Below are positions 1 through 13,286 of a DNA stretch of 64,000 nt, piece by piece (position 1 is the first letter of the stretch; each line of letters opens with the position of its first letter). The stretch is from Clostridia bacterium. GTDB lineage: Bacteria; Bacillota; Clostridia; Oscillospirales; Acutalibacteraceae. The stretch lies in the NCBI GenBank assembly GCA_017522225.1, contig JAFWZR010000020.1, forward strand, positions 15,805 to 79,804, in the 5' to 3' direction. The notes under the pieces are model-generated. The model had not been told where the DNA came from and did not search any database. It saw nothing but the letters and a program-made list of their open reading frames with translations. The translations under genes were made by a program, and so were the position numbers.

Positions 1-432
1 CTTCTGAAGGTCAGGACGACGAAGGTCAAGATAACGGTACTTAAGTCTTGTAAGCTCCGATGTCTGACAGTTTTCGACAATCTCGAACGGAGGAGTCTCA
101 CTCTTGCCGAGAACTCTTAAATCCTTAACGTCGATTTCGATATCGCCTGTGGGGATATCCTTGTTCTTTGAAGAACGCTCACGGACAACACCCTTTGCCA
201 TAAGAACAAACTCACTTCTTGAAGCAAAAGCTTTTTCAAAGATTTCCTTGTCTGTATTCTCGTCAAATGCAAGCTGAACAATACCTGTTCTGTCGCGAAG
301 GTCGATAAAGATGAGCGCGCCGAGGTCACGCTGACGCTGTACCCAACCTGCAACAGTTACCTCTTTGCCTGCATCAGTAATTCTTAAATCACCGCAATAA
401 TCAGTGCGTTTTAAGCCGGTCATAAAATCCAT
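1..432 (-). CDS. aspS: Aspartyl-tRNA synthetase, N-terminal 144 codons (gene runs off the window start)
   Basis: Absent from the ORF track because it is open-ended. My minus-strand translation from the ATG at 432-430 reads MDFMTGLKRTDYCGDLRITDAGKEVTVAGWVQRQRDLGALIFIDLRDRTGIVQLAFDE..., which matches the typical AspRS N-terminal OB-fold. A TAATG overlap joins it to the hisS stop. The hisS-aspS order is the usual Firmicute operon. Confidence 0.85.
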   Translation of the reverse strand, partial: MDFMTGLKRTDYCGDLRITDAGKEVTVAGWVQRQRDLGALIFIDLRDRTGIVQLAFDENTDKEIFEKAFASRSEFVLMAKGVVRERSSKNKDIPTGDIEIDVKDLRVLGKSETPPFEIVENCQTSELTRLKYRYLDLRRPDLQK

Positions 433-1781
433 TACATTAAGCCTCCCAAAAATTTGCTTATATCAATTGCTTCTGAGCCGTTTACCATATCCTGCAAATC
501 ATCTGCCGCACAACGGAGTGAAAGCTCCATAAATGTGTCTGCAAACTCATCGAGAGTCATCTCGGTAACATCGCCCGTCTGCATATTTTTAACCTTTGCC
601 TTGTTTGCTTTTATGTCGTCCTCGCCGATAACGGTTGTGAACTTTGCACCGATTTTATCGGCATATTTCATCTGTGCCTTGAGTGAACGGCCTACAACAT
701 CAAACTCAGCAAACATACCTGACTGACGGAGCTCGGTTGCAAGTGCAGCGGCCTTAAGTGATGCTTCATCACCGATGTTTGCAATGTAGATATCGCACTT
801 CTTTGCCTCAGGAAGCTTTATTCCCTGTGCTTCAAGCAACAGAAGAAGTCTTTCAATACCCATACCGAAGCCGAGAGCAGGTACGTGTGAACCGCCGATT
901 TCTTCAATAAGTCCATCATATCTGCCGCCTGCGCAGACAGCACTCTGTGCACCGAGTGAATCTGTGAGGAATTCGAATACTGTTCTGGTGTAATAATCAA
1001 GTCCGCGTACGATGTGCGGATTGACCTGGTAAGAGATACCCATATTGTCAAGGTACATCTTAACCTTTTCAAAGTGATCCTTACACTCGTCACAGAGATA
1101 ATCAAGAATGATCGGTGCATCTGCCGCAATTTCGTGACAGACAGGACTCTTACAGTCAAGAATACGCATCGGGTTACGGTCAAGTCTGTCAAGACAGGTA
1201 CCGCAAAGCTCACCCTTACGTGACTCAAAGTAAGCCTTGAGTGCAGCGTGGTATTCTTTTCTGCAGGTCGGACAACCGATTGAATTTATTTCAAGGCAGA
1301 TTCTGTCAACACCGAGGAAGCCGAAAACCTCGTTAGCAACAGAGATAACCTCTGCATCGGCAGCAGGAGAAGCGGTGCCGTAGCACTCAACACCAAACTG
1401 GTGGAATTCGCGCAGTCTGCCTGCCTGAGGCTTTTCGTAACGGTAGCAGGATGTGATGTAGCTTACCTTCTGAGGCATCGGCTCGTTTGTAAGGCCGTGC
1501 TCAAGAAATGCTCGCGCAGCACCCGCTGTGCCCTCGGGACGAAGTGTGATTGAACGTCCGCCCTTGTCTTCAAATGTGTACATTTCCTTCTGAACAACGT
1601 CAGTTGTGTCACCAACTGAACGTGTAAAAAGCTCAGTGTGTTCAAAAACAGGGGTTCTGATTTCTCTGAAACCAAACTCGTTTGCGATTTCAAGCACCGT
1701 TTTTTCAACAAACTGATTCATGTGACTGTCTGCGGGAAGAACATCAAGTGTTCCCTTGACAGCCTTAGTAATAAGTGCCAT
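432..1781 (-). CDS. hisS: Histidyl-tRNA synthetase
   Basis: 449-aa ORF with class II HisRS signatures (CYRYEKPQAGRLREFHQFG, CAGGRYDGL) and a C-terminal anticodon-binding domain. An AAGGAG-like RBS lies upstream. Confidence 0.95.
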   Translation of the reverse strand: MALITKAVKGTLDVLPADSHMNQFVEKTVLEIANEFGFREIRTPVFEHTELFTRSVGDTTDVVQKEMYTFEDKGGRSITLRPEGTAGAARAFLEHGLTNEPMPQKVSYITSCYRYEKPQAGRLREFHQFGVECYGTASPAADAEVISVANEVFGFLGVDRICLEINSIGCPTCRKEYHAALKAYFESRKGELCGTCLDRLDRNPMRILDCKSPVCHEIAADAPIILDYLCDECKDHFEKVKMYLDNMGISYQVNPHIVRGLDYYTRTVFEFLTDSLGAQSAVCAGGRYDGLIEEIGGSHVPALGFGMGIERLLLLLEAQGIKLPEAKKCDIYIANIGDEASLKAAALATELRQSGMFAEFDVVGRSLKAQMKYADKIGAKFTTVIGEDDIKANKAKVKNMQTGDVTEMTLDEFADTFMELSLRCAADDLQDMVNGSEAIDISKFLGGLM

Positions 1782-1831
1782 AAAAAAGTCTCCTTGTATG
1801 TAAAGTTACCTGCTTTTTAACGCGCAGATAA

Positions 1832-1872
1832 CGCACCGAATAACCGCCGACTTTTTTTGAGAAAATCGGTGG
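1832..1872. other. 13-bp stem hairpin between mgsA and hisS (weak terminator or RNA processing/stability element)
   Basis: AATAACCGCCGA-loop-TCGGTGGTTATT. Neither strand has a clean U-tract after the stem. Confidence 0.4.
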
Positions 1873-1901
1873 TTATTCCGTGTGATTTTATAGATTTGGA
1901 T

Positions 1902-2306
1902 TTAGTGCTTCGGATTTACGATATCTCGCCAATCAAGGTCGCCTCTGTCAAGGCTGTGAATAAGAGCTTCTGCCGTTGCAATGTTGGTCGCTGCGGGCAC
2001 ATTGTGAACGTCGCAGATACGCAGCAGACTGTTCACATTGGGCTCGTGTTCCTTGGGGTCAAGAGGGTCGCTGAAAATAAGAAGCATATCAATTTCGTTG
2101 CAGGCAATAAGTGAGCCTATCTGCTGGTCACCGCCCTGAGCACCTGCCAGAAATCTGGTGATTTCAAGACCTGTCGCATCAGCTACGAGTTTGCCTGTTG
2201 TACCTGTTGCATAGAGTCTGTGACGGCTCAGAATACCGCAGTACGCAATGCAAAACTGGGTCATAAGTTCTTTTTTCGCATCGTGTGCAATAATTGCAAT
2301 GTTCAT
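1902..2306 (-). CDS. mgsA: Methylglyoxal synthase
   Basis: 134 aa. N-terminal NIAIIAHDAKK, ATGTTGKL and the overall MGS-like pattern, with size typical of MgsA. Confidence 0.85.
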   Translation of the reverse strand: MNIAIIAHDAKKELMTQFCIAYCGILSRHRLYATGTTGKLVADATGLEITRFLAGAQGGDQQIGSLIACNEIDMLLIFSDPLDPKEHEPNVNSLLRICDVHNVPAATNIATAEALIHSLDRGDLDWRDIVNPKH

Positions 2307-2329
2307 ATTATTTTAAACCCCTTTCATTT

Positions 2330-4873
2330 TTAGTTCTCTTGTGTCTGTGTATTTTCCTCTGTTGCTTCAGCGGGAGTCTCAGCTGATGCCTCATCCGCTT
2401 CAGCCTCTGCATCCTCGTGTTCTACGGGAGTGATTGTGATAAGCTTCTCACCCTCGGTCACACGCATTACGCGAACACCCTTTGACGGACGGGCAAATGT
2501 GCTGATGCCGTCTGCCGGGATTCGGATAATAATACCGTCTGATGCAATAAGAATTATATCGTCGTTATCGCTGACAGATGTAACTGCAGCAATATCACCG
2601 TATTTTTCAACATGGTAGTTGATAAGGCCCTTACCGCCTCTGGACTGTACACGGTAGTTGTCAAAGTCACTCTTTCTGCCGTAACCCGTTTCGCTGACTG
2701 TAAGGATAGTTTTACCTTCCTCAACAACAGTCATACCTACAACCTCGTCACCGTCTCTGAGCTCGATTGCCTTAACACCGCGTGCGGTTCTGCCGATGGG
2801 ACGTGCATCGTTTTCGTTAAATCTGATACACATACCCTTCTTGGTTGCAACGATAAGGTCATCGTTACCTGTTGTGGTTGTTACCCATGCAAGCTCGTCG
2901 CCCTCGTCAAGAGTGATTGCAAGAACGCCTGCACGGCGGATTGATTTGTATTCTTCAAGGCTTGAACGCTTGATGATACCCTTACGGGTAAACATACAAA
3001 GGTAACCTGTCTCTTCATCCATAGCAGTAAAACGGATCATTGAAGAAACCTTTTCGTCTGCTTCAAGCGGAAGAAGGTTAACAATGTTCATACCCTTGCT
3101 TGTTCTTGAGCCCTCGGGGATTTCGTAGCCCTTGAGCTTGAATGTGCGTCCCCTTGTGGTGAAGAACGAAATATAGTCGTGGGTCGAAGCCGTAAACATT
3201 GTTCGGACAATATCGTCCTCTCGTCTTGTCAGACCCTTGACACCTCGTCCGCCTCGACGCTGTGTCTGGTATTCTGTCATCGGAATACGCTTGATGTAAC
3301 CGAAGTCTGTGAATGTGAATACACAGGTCTCTTCAGGAATAAGGTCTTCAATGTCTACCTCGCCCGAAACATTCATAATTTCTGTGCGGCGGTCGTCGCC
3401 GTACTTGTCTGCAATTTCAAGTGCCTCTTCTTTAACAACACCGAGAAGCTTTGTCTCATCTGAAAGAAGATCGAGGAAATATGCAATCTTTTCCTTAAGT
3501 TCGCCGAGCTCGTCTTCAATCTTAATTCTTTCAAGACCTGTCAACTGACCGAGACGCATCTGCACGATAGCCTGTGCCTGAACATCATCAAGACCGAAAC
3601 GCTCCATAAGAGCTTCCTTACCTTCGTTGATGCTCTTTGAAGAACGAAGAATGTTGATAACCTCATCAATAAAATCAAGAGCTGTAAGCAAGCCTTCAAG
3701 AATGTGTGCTCTGTCCTGAGCTTTTTTAAGATCGAACTGTGTTCGTCTTGTAACAACCTCCTGCTGGAAGTCGATATAGTTACGCAGAACATCCTTAAGT
3801 GTAAGAACCTTCGGCTCGCCGTTAACGATGGCAATCATAATTACACCGAATGTAGTCTGCAGCTGTGTGTAAGAATAAAGCTGATTGAGAACGACCTGCG
3901 GATTTGCATCACGCTTGAGGTCGATTGAGATGTGCATGCCTGCCTTTGAGGAGTAGTCGTTGATATCGGAGATACCCTCGATTCTCTTATCCTTAACAAG
4001 GTCAGCGATGCTTTCAATAAGCTTTGCTTTATTTACTGTGTACGGAATTTCCGTAACCTTGATTTCAAATCTGCCGTTTTTCTTCTCAACGATTTCTGCC
4101 CTTGCTCTTACGATAACCTTACCGCGGCCCGTTGCGTAAGCAGCGCGGATACCCGAACGGCCCATAATGATACCGTTTGTGGGGAAGTCAGGACCCTTGA
4201 TATGCTCCATAAGGTCATCGAGAGTTGCATCGGGATTGTCGATAAGACAGCACATACCGTCGATAACCTCTTTAAGGTTGTGGGGAGGAATGTTTGTTGC
4301 CATACCGACGGCAATACCCATTGAGCCGTTAACAAGGATGTTCGGAAAACGTGACGGAAGAACTGTGGGTTCCTTAAGTCTGTCGTCATAGTTGGTTGTA
4401 AAGTCAACCGTATCCTTGTCGATATCGGTCAGCATTCTCAGAGCCATCTTACTCATTCTTGACTCAGTATATCGGTAAGCAGCAGCCGGGTCACCGTCGA
4501 TTGAACCGAAGTTACCGTGGCCGTCAACGAGAGTGTATCTCATCGAGAAATTCTGTGCAAGACGAACCATTGCATCGTAAACAGATGCGTCACCGTGAGG
4601 GTGATATCTACCGAGAACGGAACCAACTGTGTCGGCACATTTACGGTAAGCCTTGTCGGGAGTAAGATTGTTCTCGTACATAGTGTAGAGAATACGGCGG
4701 TGTACGGGCTTAAGACCGTCACGGACATCGGGAAGTGCACGCGAAACGATAACTGACATTGAGTAGTCAAGGAATGACTTGCGGACTTCCTTGTTGATGT
4801 CTACATTATAAATCTTCGTGCTTTCCAGATTCGCTCTGAAATCTTCATTATCATGTGTAATTTCTTTAGCCAT
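2330..4873 (-). CDS. gyrA: DNA gyrase subunit A
   Basis: 847 aa. Breakage-reunion domain with [11 protein letters not shown] (active-site Tyr region), C-terminal beta-pinwheel repeats and an acidic tail. It starts 20 nt after gyrB. Confidence 0.97.
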   Translation of the reverse strand: MAKEITHDNEDFRANLESTKIYNVDINKEVRKSFLDYSMSVIVSRALPDVRDGLKPVHRRILYTMYENNLTPDKAYRKCADTVGSVLGRYHPHGDASVYDAMVRLAQNFSMRYTLVDGHGNFGSIDGDPAAAYRYTESRMSKMALRMLTDIDKDTVDFTTNYDDRLKEPTVLPSRFPNILVNGSMGIAVGMATNIPPHNLKEVIDGMCCLIDNPDATLDDLMEHIKGPDFPTNGIIMGRSGIRAAYATGRGKVIVRARAEIVEKKNGRFEIKVTEIPYTVNKAKLIESIADLVKDKRIEGISDINDYSSKAGMHISIDLKRDANPQVVLNQLYSYTQLQTTFGVIMIAIVNGEPKVLTLKDVLRNYIDFQQEVVTRRTQFDLKKAQDRAHILEGLLTALDFIDEVINILRSSKSINEGKEALMERFGLDDVQAQAIVQMRLGQLTGLERIKIEDELGELKEKIAYFLDLLSDETKLLGVVKEEALEIADKYGDDRRTEIMNVSGEVDIEDLIPEETCVFTFTDFGYIKRIPMTEYQTQRRGGRGVKGLTRREDDIVRTMFTASTHDYISFFTTRGRTFKLKGYEIPEGSRTSKGMNIVNLLPLEADEKVSSMIRFTAMDEETGYLCMFTRKGIIKRSSLEEYKSIRRAGVLAITLDEGDELAWVTTTTGNDDLIVATKKGMCIRFNENDARPIGRTARGVKAIELRDGDEVVGMTVVEEGKTILTVSETGYGRKSDFDNYRVQSRGGKGLINYHVEKYGDIAAVTSVSDNDDIILIASDGIIIRIPADGISTFARPSKGVRVMRVTEGEKLITITPVEHEDAEAEADEASAETPAEATEENTQTQEN

Positions 4874-4893
4874 TGTTCAACCTTCCTCCTTTC

Positions 4894-7762
<2,869 letters not shown>

Positions 7763-7813
7763 ATTTTTAAGCTCCTTATGCTATAATTATAATATAAGTC
7801 AATAATTATAGAA

Positions 7814-7842
7814 ATTATATCATATAAAGATATTTTTGTCAC
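7814..7842 (-). promoter_or_regulatory. Sigma-A type promoter for the 292-aa gene/gyrBA unit
   Basis: The minus strand reads GTGACA-17 nt-TATAAT (the plus strand shows tgtcac at 7837-7842 and attata at 7814-7819). Confidence 0.45.
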
Positions 7843-7906
7843 TATTTTTTGCATAAAAAATGCATATTTTTTTGATTTTTTTGTACCCCGAAAGCCTTGA
7901 TTTTCC

Positions 7907-7935
7907 TTGACTTAAAGACATAATTATGGTAATAT
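7907..7935 (+). promoter_or_regulatory. Sigma-A type promoter for ddl
   Basis: TTGACT (7907-7912), a 17-nt spacer, then TAATAT (7930-7935) preceded by TG (extended -10). Confidence 0.5.
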
Positions 7936-7973
7936 GTTAAACTGTTTAATAATGCAAACGGAGATGGTGTAAA

Positions 7974-9044
7974 ATGTTGAACGCACTTATTCTTTTCGGA
8001 GGTGTTTCCAGCGAACACGATGTATCTGTCGTGTCTGCAAAATCTGTTATTGAAAACATCCCCACAGATAAATATAACGTAACCATGGTAGGTATCAGCA
8101 AGGACGGCAGATGGTTCCGCTACACGGGAGATGTTGCAAATCTTCCCGAGGACAAATGGCTTGAAGATACCGAAAATCTTACCAAGGCAGTCATTTCTCC
8201 CGACAGAAACGACCACGGTCTTCTTGTTTTCGAGGATGACGCTGTCAAAACAGTACGCATAGATGTCGCTTTCCCCGTGCTTCACGGCAAAAACGGTGAG
8301 GACGGTACAATCCAGGGCTTCCTGCAGGTTGCAGGCATTCCGTTTGTCGGCTGTGATATGCTCGCATCTGCCTGCTGTATGGATAAGGTGATGACAAATA
8401 CTCTTGCCGATGCTGCAGGAATTCCTCAGGCAAAATGGCTCGGCTTCAATTCATACGATTACTGCAAGGAGCCCGAAAAATATATCGAAAAGGCAGCAGA
8501 ATACCTCGGCTTCCCGATTTTTGTAAAGCCCGCAAACGCAGGCTCTTCGGTCGGTGTAAGCAAGGCAGATGATAAAGAAAGCCTTGCAGCTGCAATCGAA
8601 AAGGCTTTCAGAGAAGACTCAAAGCTTGTGCTTGAGGAAGGCATTGACGGTGTCGAGGTCGAGTGTGCCGTTATGGGTAACGATGAGCCCGTTGCATCGG
8701 TATGCGGTGAGGTTGTTCCGTGTAACGACTTCTACGATTACGAGGCAAAATACGTAAATCCCGCAAGCGAGCTTCATATCCCCGCCCGTCTTTCAGACGA
8801 GAAGCACGAGGAGGTACGCGCAGCTGCAAGAAATGCTTACAAGGCTCTCGGCTGCTCGGGACTGACACGAGTTGACTTCTTTGTACGCAAGTCAGACGGA
8901 CTTGTTATGCTCAACGAGCCCAACACTATTCCCGGCTTCACATCAATCAGTATGTATCCGAAAATGTTTGCCGCTTCGGGTATCCCCTACGCTGAGCTTA
9001 TCGACAAGCTCTTTACCCTTGCATTGGAGAAGTGGGCAAGATGA
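7974..9044 (+). CDS. ddl: D-alanine--D-alanine ligase
   Basis: 356 aa. ATP-grasp Ddl pattern (FGGVSSEHDVS, HGKNGEDGTIQG, NEPNTIPGFT). Confidence 0.93.
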   Translation: MLNALILFGGVSSEHDVSVVSAKSVIENIPTDKYNVTMVGISKDGRWFRYTGDVANLPEDKWLEDTENLTKAVISPDRNDHGLLVFEDDAVKTVRIDVAFPVLHGKNGEDGTIQGFLQVAGIPFVGCDMLASACCMDKVMTNTLADAAGIPQAKWLGFNSYDYCKEPEKYIEKAAEYLGFPIFVKPANAGSSVGVSKADDKESLAAAIEKAFREDSKLVLEEGIDGVEVECAVMGNDEPVASVCGEVVPCNDFYDYEAKYVNPASELHIPARLSDEKHEEVRAAARNAYKALGCSGLTRVDFFVRKSDGLVMLNEPNTIPGFTSISMYPKMFAASGIPYAELIDKLFTLALEKWAR

Positions 9045-9466
9045 ATTGCATCATAACCTTATGTGATTACCACAAGGTGGAAGGTCAGAGCGAAAAAGCA
9101 GAGCTGACCACCACGGCAGAAATTCACGGTACGGCAGACAATTACTTCATTATCTACGATGAGCAGTCCGAAGAGCTCAAGGGCTGCACAACCACCGTAC
9201 ACGTTGAAAACTCAGACAGAGTAACCATCACACGCTCGGGTGCTTACAACACCGAAATGAAGATGGAAAAAGGCAAACGTCACCTCTGCTGTTACAACAC
9301 CCCTGTCGGGCAGATTATGATGGGTGTGCACACAACAGCAGTGCGTTCAGAGTATGAGGAAGGACAGAAAACAATTCTCGATTTTTTATATTCACTTGAT
9401 TTCAACAACGAGCTTTTAAGCAAGAACAGAATTAAAATTACCGCAAACTATAAGGAGGTAAAATAA
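9041..9466 (+). CDS. DUF1934 (YwiB-like) beta-barrel protein
   Basis: About 141 aa. An ATGA overlap joins it to the ddl stop and a TAATG overlap joins it to argS. The position immediately upstream of argS matches ywiB-argS in Bacillus. The family call is from memory of the sequence pattern. Confidence 0.65.
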   Translation: MNCIITLCDYHKVEGQSEKAELTTTAEIHGTADNYFIIYDEQSEELKGCTTTVHVENSDRVTITRSGAYNTEMKMEKGKRHLCCYNTPVGQIMMGVHTTAVRSEYEEGQKTILDFLYSLDFNNELLSKNRIKITANYKEVK

Positions 9467-11211
9467 TGTCTTACATCGTAAACAAAGTACAGGAACAACT
9501 CAAAAACGCTGTTTACGCTGCAGTTGAGTCTGCCGTCAATGACGGTGCTTTCCCGCAGATGCCGACAGTAGAATTCAAGGTAGAAATTCCTGCAGACCGT
9601 GCAAACGGCGACTTTTCAGCTAATGCCGCTATGGTATGGGCAAGAGAGCTCCGCTCCGCTCCGAGAAAAATTGCAGATACAATTATGGAAAAGATCAGCC
9701 TTGACGGCACATACTTCCTCCGCGCAGAGGTTGCAGGTCCGGGCTTTATGAACTTTTACCTCAGTGACAGCTACTATGCCGACATCCTTAAGGACATCCG
9801 TGAAAAAGGCAAGGATTACGGCCGCTCAGATTACGGTCAGAGCAAGAGAATTAATGTTGAATTCGTTTCCGCTAACCCGACAGGCCCGATGCATATGGGT
9901 AACGCACGAGGCGGCGCACTCGGTGACTGCCTTGCTGCCGTGCTTGATTATGCAGGCTATGAGGTAAGCCGTGAGTTCTATATCAACGATGCAGGTAACC
10001 AGATTGATAAATTTGCTCTTTCACTCGACATCCGCTATCAGCAGATTTACAAGGGTGAGGATGCAGTGGAGCTTCCCGAGGACAGCTACCACGGTGAGGA
10101 TATCAAGGTACGAGCACAGGAATTTGCCGATGTTTACGGTGACAAGTACATCGGTGCCGGTGAGGACGAGCGCAGAAAGGCTCTTGTTGATTTCGCACTT
10201 CCCAAGAACATTCAGGCAATGAAGGATAACCTTACAAAATACCGTATCGAATACGACACATGGTTCCACGAAAGCACCCTTCACAACGGCACAGAGCTTA
10301 AGGACACTCTTGAGCTTATGAAGGAAAAGGGCCTTACTTACGAAAAAGACGGCGCACTCTGGTACAAAAACATTGAGGTGCAGACCGAAAGACTTACCAA
10401 GCAGGGCTACTCGCAGGAGGATATCGACAAGCTTGAGCTTAAGGACGATGTTCTTATCCGTGCAAACGGCAACCCGACATACTTTGCCGCTGATATCGCA
10501 TACCATCGCAACAAGCTTGCTGTAAGAAACTTTGATATCGCAATCGACATCTGGGGTGCTGACCACCACGGCCACGTTGCAAGAATGCAGGGCGCACTTG
10601 ACGCAATCGGTGTCGGCGGTGACAAGCTCGATGTTATTCTTATGCAGCTTGTCCGTCTTACCCGTGACGGTGAGGTTGTAAGAATGTCAAAAAGAACAGG
10701 TAAAGCAATTACACTTGTTGACCTGCTTGAGGATATTCCCATCGACGCAGTACGTTTTCTCTTCAATATGAGAGAGCCGGGCTCACAGATGGAATTTGAC
10801 CTTGACCTTGCAGTTGAGGAAAGCTCACAGAATCCCGTTTACTACTGTCAGTATGCACACGCAAGAATCTGTTCAATCATCAGAAAGCTTGAATCGGAGG
10901 GTATTTCTCCCCGTGATTGCACTGCTGAAGAGCTTGAAATGCTTAAGGAAGCTGAAGAACGTGAGTTAATTCGCCATTTAGCAGGCCTTACAAACGAGAT
11001 AGTTGTTGCGGCAAGGAATTATGACCCTGCAAAAATAACTCGTTATGCAGTCGATCTGGCGACGCTTTTCCACAAGTTCTATAATGCCTGCCGTGTAAGC
11101 TGTGACGACGAAAAGCTTATGCAGGCAAGACTCTACCTTTGCATCTGCGTAAAGGATACAATCAAGAACATTCTTGAAATGCTCAAAATCACAGTTCCCG
11201 AATCAATGTGA
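9466..11211 (+). CDS. argS: Arginyl-tRNA synthetase
   Basis: 581 aa. Class I signature ANPTGPMHMGNARGG, KMSKS-like MSKRTGK and a DALR anticodon-binding C-terminus. Confidence 0.95.
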   Translation: MSYIVNKVQEQLKNAVYAAVESAVNDGAFPQMPTVEFKVEIPADRANGDFSANAAMVWARELRSAPRKIADTIMEKISLDGTYFLRAEVAGPGFMNFYLSDSYYADILKDIREKGKDYGRSDYGQSKRINVEFVSANPTGPMHMGNARGGALGDCLAAVLDYAGYEVSREFYINDAGNQIDKFALSLDIRYQQIYKGEDAVELPEDSYHGEDIKVRAQEFADVYGDKYIGAGEDERRKALVDFALPKNIQAMKDNLTKYRIEYDTWFHESTLHNGTELKDTLELMKEKGLTYEKDGALWYKNIEVQTERLTKQGYSQEDIDKLELKDDVLIRANGNPTYFAADIAYHRNKLAVRNFDIAIDIWGADHHGHVARMQGALDAIGVGGDKLDVILMQLVRLTRDGEVVRMSKRTGKAITLVDLLEDIPIDAVRFLFNMREPGSQMEFDLDLAVEESSQNPVYYCQYAHARICSIIRKLESEGISPRDCTAEELEMLKEAEERELIRHLAGLTNEIVVAARNYDPAKITRYAVDLATLFHKFYNACRVSCDDEKLMQARLYLCICVKDTIKNILEMLKITVPESM

Positions 11212-11221
11212 TAACAAACCG

Positions 11222-11259
11222 AACGCGGTTACGGCTTCATTCCGTAACCGCGTTTTATT
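11222..11259 (+). terminator. Rho-independent terminator after argS
   Basis: AACGCGGTTACGG-loop-CCGTAACCGCGTT followed by TTTATT. Confidence 0.8.
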
Positions 11260-11514
11260 CTGTCAATTGAACCAATTCGCAAGCCGCGATTATAAAGCCG
11301 GCAAAGTACCGAAAAGCGGTGTTTTCTGACACATTTTTTACAGCCAGAATCCGCCTTTCTCCGACAGTAACTTTTTTTTGCAATAAAGTTGTTACTTTTC
11401 AACGGAAATTTGTAACAAATTTTAACCGCAAAAACTATTTACAAAACAGAAAATATAGAGTATTTTTATCTTATAACAGATGGTAAAATCTGTAAAAGAA
11501 AAGGGGGAAAACTT

Positions 11515-13239
11515 ATGAAAAACAAAATGAAGAAAATGCTGTCCGTTACACTTGCCGTTATTATGGCAATGTCCGTTATGACCGTCGGTGCATCGGCATG
11601 GTTGTTTGACGATGAAGAAATTTTCACATCTGACGAAGTAACCATCGACCACATTATTTACTTTACAGACAGCGAAACTATGACAGCAGGCGTCGTCGAC
11701 TACGAGCGCGATGAGGAAAACCTGTCCTTAACCGCAGCGGAAATAACAATTCCCGAAACAATTGAGGTTAACGGAGCAAAATATACTGTTGACTATATCG
11801 GCCACCGTGCATTTGAAAGCAGCAGTACACTCAGAAAGATTACCATCCCTGAAACAGTAGATTATATTTCAGACTATGCTTTCTGCAGTGCCGAATATCT
11901 TGAGACAGTTATAATTCCCGAAACAACAGAATTTGAATATTTCGGCTCTTATGTATTTGACAGCACTCCTGTTCTCGGCTACTTTGCAGAAAACTCTGAG
12001 GACGGTGCGGTTATCCTTGGCACAAACGTGCTTTATGCTTATGTCGGCACAGAAAGCTCATACACAGTTCCCGAAGAAATCACAATCATTGCCGACTATT
12101 GCTTCTTCCTTTCAGGAGTGGAAGAAATAATCCTGAACGACAGCATTACAGAAATACCCGATTTCACCTTCTCAAGCTGCCGCAACCTTAAGGAAATCAC
12201 AATTCCCGAATCCGTTGAATACATCGGTGCATACGCCTTCTCTGACTGCACAAGCCTTGAAAAGGTTGAGCTCGGTGATTCATTGTGTGTTATCGGCGAG
12301 ATGGCTTTTGAAGGCACTCAGGTAAAAGAGCTTTATCTTGGTGACAGTCTTGAATATACATCAGGAGCTTTTGCAGGCTGCAATACTCTTGAGAAATTTG
12401 TAATCAGTGAAAACAACGGTTATTATATGGACGGTGACGCACTCTGCTACCATTACGAGTTTGAAGATCCGATTGAGGCCGACATTTCTGAGGATACAGT
12501 CCTTTCCTTCGATTCCCTTGAGTATTATCTCATAACATCCGAAAACACTTCTTACACCGTTCCCGAAAAAATCACAACCATAAACAACTACGCTTTCTTC
12601 AACTGCAAGCAGATTAAAGAAATCAAGCTCACCTCCCCTGTTGATATCTTCTCCTGGGCTTTCGAAAATTCAGGCATAGAAACCGTTGATTTTTCTATGG
12701 TACTGTTTATCGGTTATGCAGCATTCCGCGGCTGTAAAAACCTCAAATCATTAGATCTCAGCGAAGTATACTACATTGATGACTCTGCATTTGAGGACTG
12801 CACAGCACTTACTGAGGTAACCTTCGGCAACGCACTTGAAGGAATCGGCTACCGTGCATTTGCTGACACGGGACTCAGAACAGTTGATGTCGTCGGTGAT
12901 TACTGTTGGGTTTATGAAGGTGCATTTGCTGACTGCTCCGAGCTTACAAGAATCGACTTCAACGCAGGTGTTGAATTCATTGACTACTATGTCGCATCCA
13001 GCTGTCCGAAGCTTGAAAGAGTTTACATCTCCGAAACAGTTACAACGATCGAGGATGATGCTTTTGCAAACAACGAAAACATCGTTTTTGAGGTTATCAA
13101 GTACTCTGACGGATGTGACTTTGTTGAAAAGATGGGCTATGAATACGAAATCGTCGGCAAGCTTTCATTCTTCACACGCGTTGCAAGATTCTTCACAGAA
13201 TTGTTCGATAAGCTTTTCGGCTGGCTGATGTTTATGTAA
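11515..13239 (+). CDS. Secreted/cell-surface leucine-rich repeat protein (BspA-type LRR)
   Basis: 574 aa. N-terminal signal peptide (MKKMLSVTLAVIMAMSVMTVGASA). Many repeats of about 23 aa of the type IPESVxxIGxxAFxxCxxL. Hydrophobic C-terminal tail. Confidence 0.85.
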   Translation: MKNKMKKMLSVTLAVIMAMSVMTVGASAWLFDDEEIFTSDEVTIDHIIYFTDSETMTAGVVDYERDEENLSLTAAEITIPETIEVNGAKYTVDYIGHRAFESSSTLRKITIPETVDYISDYAFCSAEYLETVIIPETTEFEYFGSYVFDSTPVLGYFAENSEDGAVILGTNVLYAYVGTESSYTVPEEITIIADYCFFLSGVEEIILNDSITEIPDFTFSSCRNLKEITIPESVEYIGAYAFSDCTSLEKVELGDSLCVIGEMAFEGTQVKELYLGDSLEYTSGAFAGCNTLEKFVISENNGYYMDGDALCYHYEFEDPIEADISEDTVLSFDSLEYYLITSENTSYTVPEKITTINNYAFFNCKQIKEIKLTSPVDIFSWAFENSGIETVDFSMVLFIGYAAFRGCKNLKSLDLSEVYYIDDSAFEDCTALTEVTFGNALEGIGYRAFADTGLRTVDVVGDYCWVYEGAFADCSELTRIDFNAGVEFIDYYVASSCPKLERVYISETVTTIEDDAFANNENIVFEVIKYSDGCDFVEKMGYEYEIVGKLSFFTRVARFFTELFDKLFGWLMFM

Positions 13240-13242
13240 ACA

Positions 13243-13286
13243 AAAATGAATGCGGTAAAGGTTCATCGCCTTTACCGCATTTTTTA
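13243..13286. terminator. Bidirectional terminator between the LRR gene and engB
   Basis: AATGCGGTAAAGG-loop-CCTTTACCGCATT flanked by an A-tract and a T-tract. Confidence 0.8.

Noticed and set aside
7763-7973. Possible replication origin or DnaA-box cluster next to gyrB. I also checked upstream of the DnaA-like gene at 57505-57675.
   Set aside because: I found no TTATCCACA/TGTGGATAA-type boxes by eye. The region is adequately explained by two divergent promoters. dnaA, dnaN and recF are absent from the window.
11260-11514. A 255-nt gap upstream of the LRR protein gene containing CCAGAATCCGCCTTTCTCCGACAG, which faintly resembles the repeat at 31.8 and 43.4 kb.
   Set aside because: Only one arm-like segment is present, without the paired hairpins. 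The similarity is too weak to call a third copy without a statistical search.
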